This document shows positions 11,307 through 26,889 of a DNA stretch of 64,000 bases, piece after piece; position 1 is the first letter of the stretch; every line of letters begins with the position of its first letter. Below the pieces are notes generated by a model. It worked only from the letters and a program-made list of their open reading frames with translations, ran no database searches and was not told where the DNA came from. The stretch covers positions 158,678-222,677 of the forward strand of contig NW_002060946.1 of assembly GCF_000150275.1 (NCBI RefSeq), written 5' to 3'. The translations under genes were made by a program, and so were the position numbers. Origin of the DNA: Trichoplax adhaerens. Lineage: Eukaryota; Animalia; Placozoa.

Positions 11307-14300
11307 ATGGCGGCAGGAAAGCGCATTAGTTGTATTTTAATCGATCTTAGTGGAACATTACACGTTGAAAACCAAGTTATTGCAGGATCTATCGAAGCAC
11401 TGGACAGGTTAGAATTGGCTTAACTAAACTGTTCAACTACAGTTGATTTGAATGCATTGCTGGACTTGCATGCCCAGTTACTTTCATAAGTAAATACAGT
11501 ACTTTAATCCTGGATCAATTAATTATATTTTCTGTTGAAGGGTGATGAAAGACCCATCATGAATGTATTGTTGTTCGTCAGCGAAAGATATTTTCAGTGA
11601 AAAATGCGATGGATGCTTGCAAACGATCTTTTTCAGTTTTTTTTCCATAGTACGTAATTTTACGGGATATGGATATCGTTCATTGAATTTATGCTCCACT
11701 CCTAACAGGTCATTTCACCCTGACGTCTGAAACGGTCAAACGTAACAGTTCTTGACACCAACGCACTTCAATCCGCCTCCAATTCAGATTTCATGTCATA
11801 GAGTTTTACCACTGTGAATTGAAATTTAAACCAATTAATCGTAGCTAAAAAAAGTTCAATAACTTCCATTTCTATACTAAATTATCCTTCATGGCCAAGG
11901 ATGCAACGGTATTTGTACAGTATGATATTTAATTTTTTGTTATTGTTATTGCTTTTATGATACCGCAGCCATCACAGACTACTTAAATGTTGTGAGTAGT
12001 GTCTCCTTCCGTCATTCAATCGTTGACATACGCAGTGAAATCAGCCTGATTGAAGTATGTCGGCTGCTCGCTTACACTGCAATGCCAACTGCAATGCGTC
12101 GACGTAGATTGAGCAACCGATAAAGCGTTCCATCAAAGTACATGTTGAACTAATTATACAATATGGTTAAGCAACTATCCATTTCTTATGCTTTTAATTA
12201 ATTTATACCGTAACGAATCCTCGCTGTGCAGCTTTCGTTTTTTTCTTTTCAAAATTCAATTCGATAAAATTGCAATATCGAGTGCTGGTAAAGGGCGACA
12301 TATTACACTCACCACTGGTTCTAACGATGCTAGAAAGCATACTGATATTTTTAGTATCATGCTGTCAGTCCTAATCATGCATGATATTCCGATATGTTCT
12401 GAAGTGTTATATCATCCACTCTCATAGTGCAGTATATAGCAATGTTTTGCCAAACAAAATGGTGTTAGAATGCGTAAACTTGGTGGACTGTACAGTACTT
12501 AGTTTCTATTTCATAAAAGAGTATTGATCCAATTTATGCCGAACTGCAGTTCTTGAGGTTGATTGATTACCTTCTGTACAGGCATGGAAAACAGTACTGG
12601 AAGAAGACTTCTCCTGTAGTGGTCCTTGATATTTTGAAATGATTTCACACCGTATCTGTTTCAACTGTTTAGCGTGGATAATAATAATAATAATAATAAT
12701 ATTTAAAGTGAAATAGTGCTGCATAGGTTTGTAACCTTGCAGTTCACGAAGGATCAGGGGTTATTTCTTTAGCATCAAACTTGATGAAGGAATTGGTTTT
12801 AGATGGCCGATTGGCGATGCATAAATTTTTGTCAATGTTCCACAATTCAAATCCCAATTGCAACAATGTCACTACTTCGCAAGTTTCCGTTATACATAAA
12901 TAGATATTAATTCGTATACTATATAAATTAGACGTACGAGCAAATTATTACTTTGTTTTATTGTCAGCTGCTATGATTGAAAACACAACATTTATAAAAG
13001 AATATCGTTTAAATATCTTACTACAGTACTTTTATCTACAGTATTGCTCCTTCACTCTCTATATTTGTAAGTATTGCTTAACGTATGTAATAGGCAATAA
13101 GTATACGCTCATTCTGGTGCTCCTTCTTCTTCATGACTGTATCAAGAAGTAACGCACCCATACCGTGAAATGGATTTTATTGACTGCGAGTTCAGTTCTA
13201 AATTGCTGATCGGAACTTTAGGTAGCGCCATTTTAAAAAATTTTAAAGATTTCTACCTCACGTAATAATTCGTACTCGTAATACTTCAATAGTAATGAGT
13301 GCAATGAATTCATTAATGAATGGGGTAATACTTTGTGTTCGGTTGTTATGTCAGCTTAAGCGTTCAATGTTTAATAATTAATTATAATTGCTATTTAGGT
13401 ACGCTATGTTACAATGCATGATTTAATGAAGCTATTTTATACAAGGTTTTATATACACCTTCTACAAACACACTACTGTGTTGCAGCAAGCACCGTACGA
13501 CCAATCTTAATTTTCGACAATTTTGTTCCTTACTACAACACGGACTACCCTTTTATTTAATTTAATTTAATTGTGCATACTAGCCTGTAAATTACGTCGT
13601 ATATCATTATATTTTCATGGTATACAACTACGCATTCATGTTAGTTTGAATTGTACGTGTAGACTTTTAGAATGAACAAAGTAAGGCAGATAGAACGACA
13701 TATTCCTCAATTTAAAACTATCGAGACTTTTTTAGAGATGGCGTAGCCAATCTTATAAATTGTTAATGACAAGATTAAGTATAAGGCACCATTCTGCTTT
13801 GTTCTTTTTTCCTTTTAATAATAATAATAGCTTATGGTCGAATAGCACCCTACACAAAACAGTCATAGCTAACATATGATCAGTATCTGGCCTATCACTT
13901 TTCATTTTACACTTTTTACACTTGGGAGTTTTAGTTTATTTTTACCTTAATATACTGTATTACTAGTAATGGGCTTTTACTGAAGGCTGTACTGTAATTG
14001 TACTGTGTATGTGTTACGCATAGTTTACATAGTGATAGGTAATACTGTAATTACAAGTAAGCACTTATCTCCTTTTATCAAGTCTTTACAATTTTGTTTG
14101 CAAACTAAGTTGAAGCACGCATAGCTTCAGTATTATAGAATCTTGATTAATAATCTAGATAATGGACTGTACCTGCAAACGAAAATAATATAATCATAAA
14201 ACCGAATTTTAGCTTGTTAACTCCATGGCTATGAACTTGATTAATTTTACAGCGTTTGCAAATCAATAATTGTTTACCTACTGTACTTTGCCCTTACCTT

Positions 14301-17162
14301 ATACGCGTACAGTAGTTACTCACAGACATTGATTACGATCATTTATACATTTATAAAGCCATTAAACTTACGCAAAGATGCAAATAAATTTAAAAACAAT
14401 CAGCTTTTATTGTTTTTATAGACATAAAACTAATTATAATGTCGCTAAACTGAAGCTATAAAGATCCTAATTTGAGTTTCTACGCACCATGCGTACAATA
14501 TCGATTAGATTATTTAATTAATTAGTATTTATTTACGCTTCTCACAATCGTATATTGATAATAATTATATTCAATATAACTTAATTATCATCCTCTTATG
14601 GCACATAATTACACATCAGCAAAATCTTCTTTAATTCATATTACTATCATGTACAGTATTTTACCAGTAATATTTTCACTGCTGGTTTGTAATGTATGTG
14701 TTAAACAAAGACTCTATATATGTAATATTTAATCGGATAGTAATCATAATTTAACATACTGTACAGTATACTGCCTATTACACTGCTGACGATGATTTGA
14801 TCAGATAGTAATAATCAAAGTAAAATTGAATTAAATTAAATTACTCTAATGTATTGCCTTTTCTAATGGAAAATGACAACACACACTTGTATACGGTACG
14901 ATACTAGTATAAGATTTCTCCACTACTAAAATTTCATTCATCCAACGTTTTTACTCATCGTTGCTCTGTTGTGCCTGCTTAACATAACCATGAAACATGA
15001 CAGCTTGATTTTATATTAATTTGATGACGGAAATTATTATGCTAATATTTAAGACTGTAACTTCGCCTTGGACTTTTCAACTCTTATACAGTAATTTGTA
15101 ATTCATTAAAAAATGCCATAGTACATGAAATGAATTACCATGTCACCAAAACAGTTCTTATACAATAAATAAATTTTTATGAACAAGTACATGCAAGACA
15201 TTAAACTAGCTGTGTGTTTAAAATGCATTACTGGATTACTTAGGTAATTTAGCAACTTTGCCAAATCAATCTTACGATAACATATCGCACTTACTACTGG
15301 TCTATATGTACGTCTTACCTACACAGAATGGTCGAGAATCGTGAATTAGTTATGAAGTATAAAGATATTTACAGTTAATTAAAACTGCTCATGGTACTCC
15401 ACCTTCAAGTACGGTTTCTTGTCCAATGTTAAATTTCTAACCAGCATAGAAAGAACAAATAAACAGCCTTTTCTTTCATTTAATTTTGTTTTACCATGAT
15501 ATTCTGAGAGTCGATGATGGAATGTGAAATGTGCAAATCTAAATCAGTAATATTATTCCCCCATTGTAATAGTGACTATCATAACAATTATGAACTAATG
15601 TAAAAAGTTAATTATAGTGTTACGATGTAGTGCAGTCCATCATTTAAATGCATTACATAAAAGCTTGGATTTACGTCTAATTAACGTACTGAACGTTCAT
15701 ATGTTCATACAGCTGTAACAGGTTAATTAAAGTAACGCAATGAGTAATTATTGGATTGTATTTTGTTAAAGATTGCGAAGGACCAACCTAAAGTTGAGAT
15801 TTGTTACGAACACAACGAAAGAATCGAAACGACTTCTTGTTGATCGACTAAATAATTTAGGATTTGGCGTTCGAACAGAGGAGATTTTTACATCTTTAAC
15901 TGCTGCTAAGATTATGGTATTAAAGAACAATATTAGACCTATGCTAATGCTGCAGCCCGAAGCAAGAGAAGACTTTCAAGGTAGAACCATATTACCGACT
16001 TTTTCGTAATTGTGTCTCAAAATGAAACATAAAATTTTGGCCATATTCAATGTCGAACATTCTCGATAAATAAAGGTACTTGATTCTTATATATAATTAT
16101 AGATGTTCCTACAAGCAACCCAAATGGTGTATTGGTTGGCTTATCGCCAGACTCATTCAATTACCAAACTATGAACGAGGCCTTTCGGTACATCTAAGTA
16201 CAGAATCTTCTGACTAATAAACAGTCCAATTAAATTTCACCTCCATCTTTCTATGATACTATTCATATTATATTTGAAAGTATAGACCTGAAGACTTATC
16301 TTGTAGCTTTTATTAATTCATTTTAATTAAGCCATCGTTTGATATTATTGGAAGTTTATGTACTATATAATACTAATACTGAATAGTTATACTTCAGAAT
16401 TGATTTAGCTGTAGTATACTTAGCTCTGATGGCGAATGGATACTTTCCTTTCTTATTGCATATACTGCTAAAATTTTAGTATTAATTTGCACTGTATTTA
16501 CTGAATTATTTTATGCTTTCTTATATCTAGAATCTTAGGTAATGCTGGATCTCTGATTGCAGTTCACAAAGGACGATACTATAAAACTCTTGAAGGGCTA
16601 TCGTTAGGCCCTGGACCGTTTGTATCTGCTTTGGAGTATGCTACTGGAGTTGAAGCTAAAGTCGTTGGCAAGCCTCAAAGCAATTTCTTTCAGTCAGCAC
16701 TAGAAAGCGTTGACGGACTAGCTGATGAAACCATAATGATTGGTGATGTGAGTACACAAAATAAACGGTGGTTAACGATACTGCTATGCAATACGAATCC
16801 TTTAATTTACTAACTCATAACAGAAGTTGTACCGTTTACTTCGTAGTAATCAAGTTTATTTAATTTCACGAATTGGTTAACGAATAAATCTTATTTTATG
16901 CCTTGGCAGGATATCAGAGACGATATTGGTGGAGCACAGGCTATCGGCATGAGAGGAATCCTTGTAAAGACGGGTGAATACATAACATAATTCCTCCTAA
17001 AGCTAGTATCTTTTATTCGTTAGCCTTACCTAAAGGTAATTTTACTTTATTACTTAAATAGGTAAATATCGAGAGGGCGATGAATCAGCTCATGGTATTA
17101 AACCTTTCGCGGTTTGTGATAAATTCGTTGATGCAGTAGACATGATTATAGAACTGTTGTAA
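11307..17162 (+). CDS. HDHD2: HAD-like hydrolase HDHD2
   Basis: Exons 11307-11407, 15772-15980, 16103-16187, 16531-16747, 16910-16973, 17062-17162. Motifs [65 protein letters not shown]. Confidence 0.95.
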
Positions 17163-17593
17163 CGTAGCAAATATATTTGAAACCAGCATCAAGAGAATTA
17201 TTGATATTAATGCATCACTTCTAAAAGCGATTAAAATTCTAGTGTACTTATCACTCAAATATATACTCCTATAAGCTATAATATTGATAGTAGAATATAT
17301 AACATTAGGCTGTAATAGTAATTTTGCGTTTAAGAGTAGATGTACTTTCGCTATGCTACAACAAATGATGCAATCTTTATATTGTATTACAAACACTAGA
17401 ACTTTTAGTATAACCTAATTGTAAATACTATGTAAATTATATAATATCAAGCTAGACGAATTCCTTCATGTGGTTTTAGATAAAAACGATTACGATGAAG
17501 TGATAGTGGAAAGTAGAATACTTTAGCAGCAATACATTGTCAATTTTATGGTTTCAGACTGATAATTTCCGAGTATAGTAAGTTAAGTTTAAT

Positions 17594-17816
17594 AGTTGTT
17601 AATTATTGTTATTATGAAAAAATTTCCGCCTGAAATTATTCTAAAGAGTTTTTAAAGTCCGCCCGCTACATTAAATATTTTACAGTTTATTACAACTCAA
17701 GTTTCACAGTTGTTAATTATTATTATTGTGAAGAAATTTTTACGCCTGAAATTTATTCTAAAAAATTCTTAAAGTCCACCCGTTATATTAAATACTTTAC
17801 AGTTTATTACAACTTG
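17594..17816. repeat. Diverged tandem duplication, 2 x ~115 bp
   Basis: agttgttaattatt...ttacagtttattacaac at ~17594 and ~17708, between the convergent HDHD2 and FECH 3' ends. Confidence 0.85.
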
Positions 17817-18171
17817 CACAAGTAGAAATTCAAGTCAAAGAGTATATTGCACATATTAATTTACTAATATTAAAATTTCTTGCTAGGACATTTTCTATAA
17901 GCAAATAAGTTTTCGTCTAAAATGCCTATCTAACTAATTATGTATGTATAATAGAAAATATAGAAATCTGTACTTCTTAGAGACCCGAAATTAAAATAAA
18001 AGAATTTTTATTGATAACATCTGTTACGAATTTATGCACAAATGACAAATCTGATCGAATATGACAAATATCATGTATAGTTTGGACTATGAAAACACTG
18101 TTTAATGCTTAAAGAGCCATCAATTTGATGGTGTAAGATTTTACTATATTACTTAGTACAGCTCTAAATTG

Positions 18172-21068
18172 CTAAGAATCTTCACTACATTGATTCGTAA
18201 AAAATTGCTTAGCCGATGCACAAATTGGGTTAACACACATTGGACACCTCAAAGCGAACTGGCGCGTAGAAAGTTGACCAGATTTTAGATGCTTTGCAAC
18301 AATATCTGCTAAGGCACTGATGAATAATGGGCTATCGTTTAATGATTCAGCCCTTATAATATTTTTAATTCCGCACTTAGTAGCTAATTCGTCGATATAT
18401 TCTATATCTAACTCGTATAAAGTTTCGATGTGATCAGAAGTAAAAGCTATTGGCACTAATAACAAGTTCTTTTCATTAGTTCTCGCAAAACCTTTGATCG
18501 AATCATCGGTTTGAGGTCCTAACCACGGTAAAGGACCAACCTAAGAAGCAATTTTAAATTGCCATTTAGAAAAATTACGCTACCAAACGGTTACAAAGTA
18601 TCAATGATATGGGAAGTTTCCATTACCTTCGACTGCCATACAAGGCGATAAGGATGAGAATGATTTAATGCTTCCATAACTCTTTCTACTGTAGATGCAA
18701 CCTCTAACGGGTAAGGATCACCACGATTAACAACCTGTAATTAACATAAAATTGTCAGCCCACTAACCTACCGTGGAATACAGCAAGCAATGTTTGCAAG
18801 TGATAGTTTCATAAAAACGTTACGTTAGGTAGGTGAAAATCGAGCTCTTTAATCAACAAAAGGTTACAATTTTTCTATCGCAGCTATGATGGATGGATCG
18901 AAACTGCATTAGAACTTACTGACATAGGCAAAGAATGAGCTGAAAACAATATTACGACATCGTCTCTCGTATTTTCAGGGAATTGCTCTATCCCTTTACG
19001 AATATTTGCTGCAAAAGCCTGCGTCAATAAAAACAGCTGACGTTATAGGCAAGACTATTAATTTTGAATGATCAATAGAGATGTTTAAAATTTGTTAAAT
19101 TTAACCTTAATTAATCCTGGATGCGTTGGCCATCGATCGATGAGACTCCAACGAATATTGCTAGGATTTTTATTGACATAACGATAGATAGCATTGATAC
19201 TACTTCCAGTAGTAGAGCAGGAATATTGTGGATACTGTGTAAAAGCAACTACTCTAGAAATCCCATCGCTAACATAAACAGAAACTTTCTTTAGTCAACT
19301 AATAATGAGGAATATAGAGAAAGATACTGTCTGTAAATTTTTGTAGTCAAGACTATGGAGGCTATGATCGATGAATAAAGCCGTCATGTAAAAGTCATAC
19401 AATGTATGAGTCTTAAAAATGGTAATTTCAGAAACATATTACTTAAATACTAGTAACTAAACATTCTAAAGAATATACGATAATAATGAGAAGCATCACT
19501 GACCTGATAATCTGATCGATGGCGTCTTCTGTTAGTGGGTTGGCGTACCTAAAACCAATGTAATGCTTATGGGGTGCTGCAAAATGACATAAAATCAATC
19601 AACAACGGTTGCATAGTATCTAAATCTAATAGCTGAGTCCTAACACATCACTGATTGTTTTTTTTTAAGTATTTAACTAAAATTACGAATTTCAAAATTA
19701 TGCATTAATCTATAAGACTTGAATACGCAAGAAAATGTATATATATACTAGTAGTAAGGACTGGCTAAAGTATTGAAGTGCCTTCCAGCTAGGCTATTGT
19801 AAAATTCTGGCAACATTCATACCGGACTCTGGACAAACTTCATCCAATATTTTACACATTGCCTCTCCTTGCTTAGTCGTCCACATTCGAATTGGAGATC
19901 CGCCACCAATTTTCTTATATTGTTCCTGAATTTTGGGAGTTCTTCGCTTTGCAATCCATGGCGCAAGTTGACTATAATTACGACAAGACAGTTGAAGCAA
20001 ATATTAATACAACCATTGGTATTTAAATCTGCGTACGAAAGGCTAATACGCATGTATGTACTAGTGCATGCTTATCGATATCAATTTGGGATGATAGAAT
20101 TTTACTCCTATTTTCTTTCATTACTAAAATTCAAAATAGGAACCATTATCTGAAATATAGACGCACATACGTACCTCTGTGCAGGTAATGGAATCAAATC
20201 TTTATCCATAAACAATCTCAGTAAGAAATCGTGTACGTCTTCCGTTTTCTCTGGACCACCCAAATTAAGCATCATAATAGCGGTTTTTGGTTTTCTGTAA
20301 AGTTAACCTTTATCAGTGCTAATACGAGTACTTTAACTTGGCATTTGTGCAAGTTCGACTCTACTACGTACAAGCATTAGCTATGTATATATACTAACTT
20401 CAGTTATTAGTAGATATATCAGTACATATACAGTAGTACCGGAAACTGGACAGTGGACATCTTACATGCAGGGTAGCTAAGCAAAGCAATGTCTAGAACT
20501 TTAGCTAGCATATAAGCCAAATACTAAGCCATAGGTATAGAGTAGATAAACTTTTAATACGTGTATTTTCCGATCATCGTGAATCTGTAGGACGTACACG
20601 AGACTAAACTCGTAAGAAGTGCCGAAGAGTATGATAAATACAATCTTTATCAAACTATAGCAGTTGATTCGGTTACTCATACCTCCCTTAACCTATGAAA
20701 GGGGATTAATTTGGCCATCAGGTTAATACAATATAACTGATACAAGCGATAGCTGTACTAAATTCCATTGCATAACATAACTCAGGGACGACAATAAAAT
20801 ATACATAGTAGGCCTGATTACTCAGTACTGTTAATATTTGTTATCCGATGAATCACACCGTCATTGTACACTAAAATAATCCTTACTCGTACCAGTACAG
20901 CCTTAGTTAATAGCTACGTGTTCGATACTGCATTGGCATTAATAATATCATACGCAATTATACTAAATAAGGAACTTACACATGGCTGGAGTTTGTAAGA
21001 GTTCTTGTAGACGTTAACCAGCTAGAATTAACGATGAAACGGCCGATTGAAGCTTGACGCGAGAGCAT
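18172..21068 (-). CDS. FECH: Ferrochelatase, mitochondrial
   Basis: About 8 coding exons: presequence-like [11 protein letters not shown] (ATG 21068), [91 protein letters not shown], and the C-terminal Fe-S cysteines CPMCVNPIC. The 5' exon structure is less certain. Confidence 0.96.
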
Positions 21069-21982
21069 TTTAAGGTACTATTTGCATACTAATCCTGCAA
21101 AGAGCGAAAATTGATAATCTACATTAGCTCGTGCCACATGCATTCCGAAGATGGCGAATTAATACATATAGCAGTTAAGAGAATATTCTAGCGAACGATA
21201 ATTCTATGCCTGAACACAGTAAATATAATATAGGCCTATCTCTACAGTATATTCCTTAATATGATGTGATCAATGCAATCGATATCAAAAGCATATTGGT
21301 CCTTTAGTAGCTACTATTCTATTTATACTATCGTACTCTACGTAGATGGAGTGGAGTATAAAAGGCAGTAACTCGATTGTGAATGAGGAGCGGCGGCGTT
21401 GCTCTTAAAGCCTGAAAGGATTTATCTAACTGTATGAGTGCGTACAACCATGCAATGTACTTCTAGAAAGTTGTGTTGCAAATACACTTAAATGAATTTT
21501 ATTCAATCGGTACAGATCCTGTAGTACTTCATAACATCGGATGATCGCGTTCTTCTTTCTTCTGTACTTCACTTTCTGTACTCTTGTACTTTCTTCTGTA
21601 TACTCTTGTAGACTCAAGGTGCAGTTCGCGTATAAACTATTTTGTTGCTTGCATTTGACGTTAAGGTGTGATTTGGAGTTGAATTGCCTTCTACCAAGTT
21701 ATGCCGACCATTGTATGCGATCCATTGATTACAGTAATTGTAAGCGATCGAATTTATCAACGCCATACTGGGCAGGTAGTTCATTTTGAATTCTCACCTG
21801 ATTTATTTGAATGATGGCTGGTATTGGGATTAGAGTCGATCCTTTCTCGTGGCTCAATTAGGTAGCAATAACTTTCTTGGTAGGGCATCACTACGTCAAC
21901 CGAGTCTAGTATGACTGTTCTAGCTGTCATAGAGGCAAGAAGAATCAGCAGTGTGTCATGCGCAGTAACAATCTATAGTCTT

Positions 21983-22380
21983 GCAGTACAGTGCAGTACT
22001 GTCCACTGTCCAGTACAGTACAGTACAGTACAGTACAGTACTGTACTGTACGTCTGTCTGTACTATACATACACACTGTACACTTTTTAGTGTACAGTAC
22101 TGTACAGTGTACAGTACAGTACACAGTATTCTAGCACAGTACTGTACACTGTAGCATACAGTACAGTGTATAGTACTGTACTGTACGCATACTACAGTAC
22201 AACATACTGTGCGGTACTGTACGGTACTGCTCGGTTTTCTTTCTTTTCTACCACTCTGGTGACAAATATTCCTACTGTACGCCAGTCATTATTGCCAAGT
22301 TTAGTCAGTAGTCTAGTGGTCAGAATGTTGGGCAACAGTACAATAGACTTGTACTACACTGTATACTGTACTGTATAGAA
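21983..22380. repeat. (TACAG/TACTG)n mixed-orientation array in the FECH/HINT1 divergent promoter
   Basis: (CAGTA)6 followed by (CTGTA)2 at 22011-22050, plus many further TA-delimited CAG/CTG/CACTG/CAGTG/CGG units. Confidence 0.9.
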
Positions 22381-22443
22381 AAAGGGACTGTATAAAAAGC
22401 ACCTTGACGCATCATCGTCATTGCTCCATCTTTCGCAGTCACC

Positions 22444-24446
<2,003 letters not shown>

Positions 24447-24750
24447 CTGCTATACTGTACGCTGGTAGCAAGAGTCAAAAAGTTTGTATTACATGTGAAT
24501 TGCAGCCGTTGTTATTGACTCTAATATCAATGCGCTATCACAAACTGATAATCTAACATAGTTCAAAAGTTATTGTCTTAGATCTAGCCTTGCAGTGTGA
24601 TACAAACGCATTTTTAAGATAAAAACTCAATAAATATTCCAAAACAAACTTTTGTAGTCACAATATTCAATGCAAACTTTATTAAAGCTGCTTCGTAACA
24701 AAATAGTGTACAACAGCCATATCAAGGGCTAATTTCACTTTCTGTACATT

Positions 24751-26734
24751 CTAATGTTGCTTTCTACGGAACGAGCAACCTGAAAGCAGATAAGAATAAC
24801 ATAAGCATTCGCAGTCAGTTTCTATCAACGTTAATGCTAGCAATTTTATCGTACCTTCAGTTAGCCTACATCGCCCACCGGTTGGCTGCGATAAAACGGT
24901 AGAGCAGCTAACACATAAAACTACAGTTTGAGCGTGGCTAAATACCGTCGTTATCTTAAAACATCCTGCAAGTGAAATAATGCCAGTTAAACAAGTCACT
25001 TGACAAGAATTTGGCAATAGAATTTTTACTAACCAGGGCATTTAACATCCATAAAGTAGGAATTAGGGCTTTGCACTAGTCTTTTCAATTTGTGCTTCCT
25101 ACGTTCTTCTTTACGATTCGGGTGTAACAAATCTCGCGGAAGCTATTTGATTATGAATAGTAATCAAAAGTTAAAACGTGCCATACTGTACGTAACTGAC
25201 AATACACAAGTTCAACATAGTAAGATGCGTCAAAATGTAGAAAGTCAATGTCTAATTTCTGACTATAAACTACCGTGATCACCAATACTGTATTACAACA
25301 TTACTGTTGACGTAGTTACGGTATGTTGGTTAAAACTGCGACTTTTCAATCAGACGCAACCTTGCAACACTGCCTCATAAATATCAACGTCGCTGCGACA
25401 CGACAGATACTACCCTAGTACACAATCAAGTTCTGTAAAATTTTGCCCTTCCGCTACGGGCTTACAGGCTACAGTAGAGTCTGTGACTCATCTCCACCTA
25501 ATTTCTGCCAAGCAAATGCACTTTAACTAACCGTTATAGTTCAAAATCGTTAATGTAACTATTTGGTACCCTGTTTCGCAACCATCACGAGATGCAACAT
25601 ACAGTATGAACTGATTCGTGATATTGAACTCAACTAGGCCTTTCGATTCATGCCTCGAGTCATCCTTCGTCAGATTGGTGAAACAGGTATCTAAGAGCAG
25701 GACTAGACAGTACCAGAGTCTCCAAGAGAGAACCTTAAAAATGAATTCAACTAGTTCTTTGCAACGGTAATTGATAAGTAATGTTAGGCCGTATACTCTT
25801 TGCACGATTGTGGTACTGTAATACCCTAGATATATTGTAATGAGACGCTAATAAGGCAACATAAGTAATGCTTTCCAATGCAGTAAAACTACCGTAGTAC
25901 TATCAAGATACTGCTTACAGTCTATACTCAAGCATGTCTAGTTGAATACCGTATCGAGTAGTAAGAAATTATCTACCCGTGACGACTAGACTGTTCGATC
26001 TGTGATGCCACCGACTTATATTACTGATATGAAGTAAAATGACACTTTGCGAACTAACTACAACTCGCTCTACCAGGTACTGTGTGTGGGCTGTATAGAG
26101 CCGACTGCATTACAAATAGATGTTGACGAAATTAATTGGACTCGTAAGCCAAGGCAGGGAATACAGTACTGAGTAAGACTACACTGATTGATATCCATAG
26201 TAAAGTCTGAATAGAACAACTTAGCAAAAATAACACTACCATACACAACATGATTCTATGTACGAGTACCTATGCTAGGTGAAAATTTCGTGTAAAAGCT
26301 TCATTTTGTACACTACTAAAAATGATTGTTTAATTGAAAGAAAATTCTAATGTACTAGAACTAGCAGATATGACTCCTGTATTGGATTTGATCCGATTTA
26401 TTAAATAGTTCATCTTTCACGGCAAATTATTGGCGATCATTTTATCAACTTTTTCGCTGACGATGCACAATGTCTATAGCGACAGGGTGCATCCCTTTGG
26501 CAGTACCGTATCGTGTTTCAATCTTTCATTTCAACAGTATGATCCATTGCAAAACTACACACACAAAACACATGTATTGCGAAGCAATCGAATACAACTA
26601 GTACTTCAATTTTGGTAGAATAGACATAGAAGGCAATGATGACAAGGAATAGGATTTGTAAATTGTAAAAATAACCTTCATCCGCACGCAAATGCAGCGC
26701 AATGATGATTCGAATTTGCTATACTTACAGGCAT
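24751..26734 (-). CDS. RPS27: 40S ribosomal protein S27 (eS27)
   Basis: Exons 26734-26729 (ATGCCT|gtaagt), 25142-25034, 24965-24855, 24779-24751. [35 protein letters not shown]. Confidence 0.97.
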
Positions 26735-26761
26735 TTTGACTCCTCGTGCTACCAATAAGGC

Positions 26762-26777
26762 GGAAAGAAAAGGAAGA
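26762..26777 (-). promoter_or_regulatory. 5'TOP / TCT-type pyrimidine initiator of RPS27
   Basis: Minus strand TCTTCCTTTTCTTTCC, ending 27 nt upstream of the ATG. Confidence 0.75.
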
Positions 26778-26889
26778 TCTCCGCGTGTACAGCATGTATT
26801 TGTATAAGTAACGACTCTTGTGGGGTAGACGTGGTTGGATTTGCAGGGGCTTTCCAGTAGTGTGTAGTTTGTACAGGCGAAGGGTCTCT

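Noticed and set aside
22166-22378. Short Y/C/T/V-rich ORFs (also 10036, 10915, 26919)
   Set aside because: These are translations of TACAG arrays with no protein-like features.
25625-25665. SECIS-like ATGA..AA..TGA
   Set aside because: Intronic location, poor helix II, and no Sec-containing ORF upstream.
25560-25800. Hammerhead ribozyme (minus-strand CTGACGA...GAAA)
   Set aside because: Stem II needs extra unpaired bases, and no stem I/III arrangement with a correctly placed UH cleavage site could be built.
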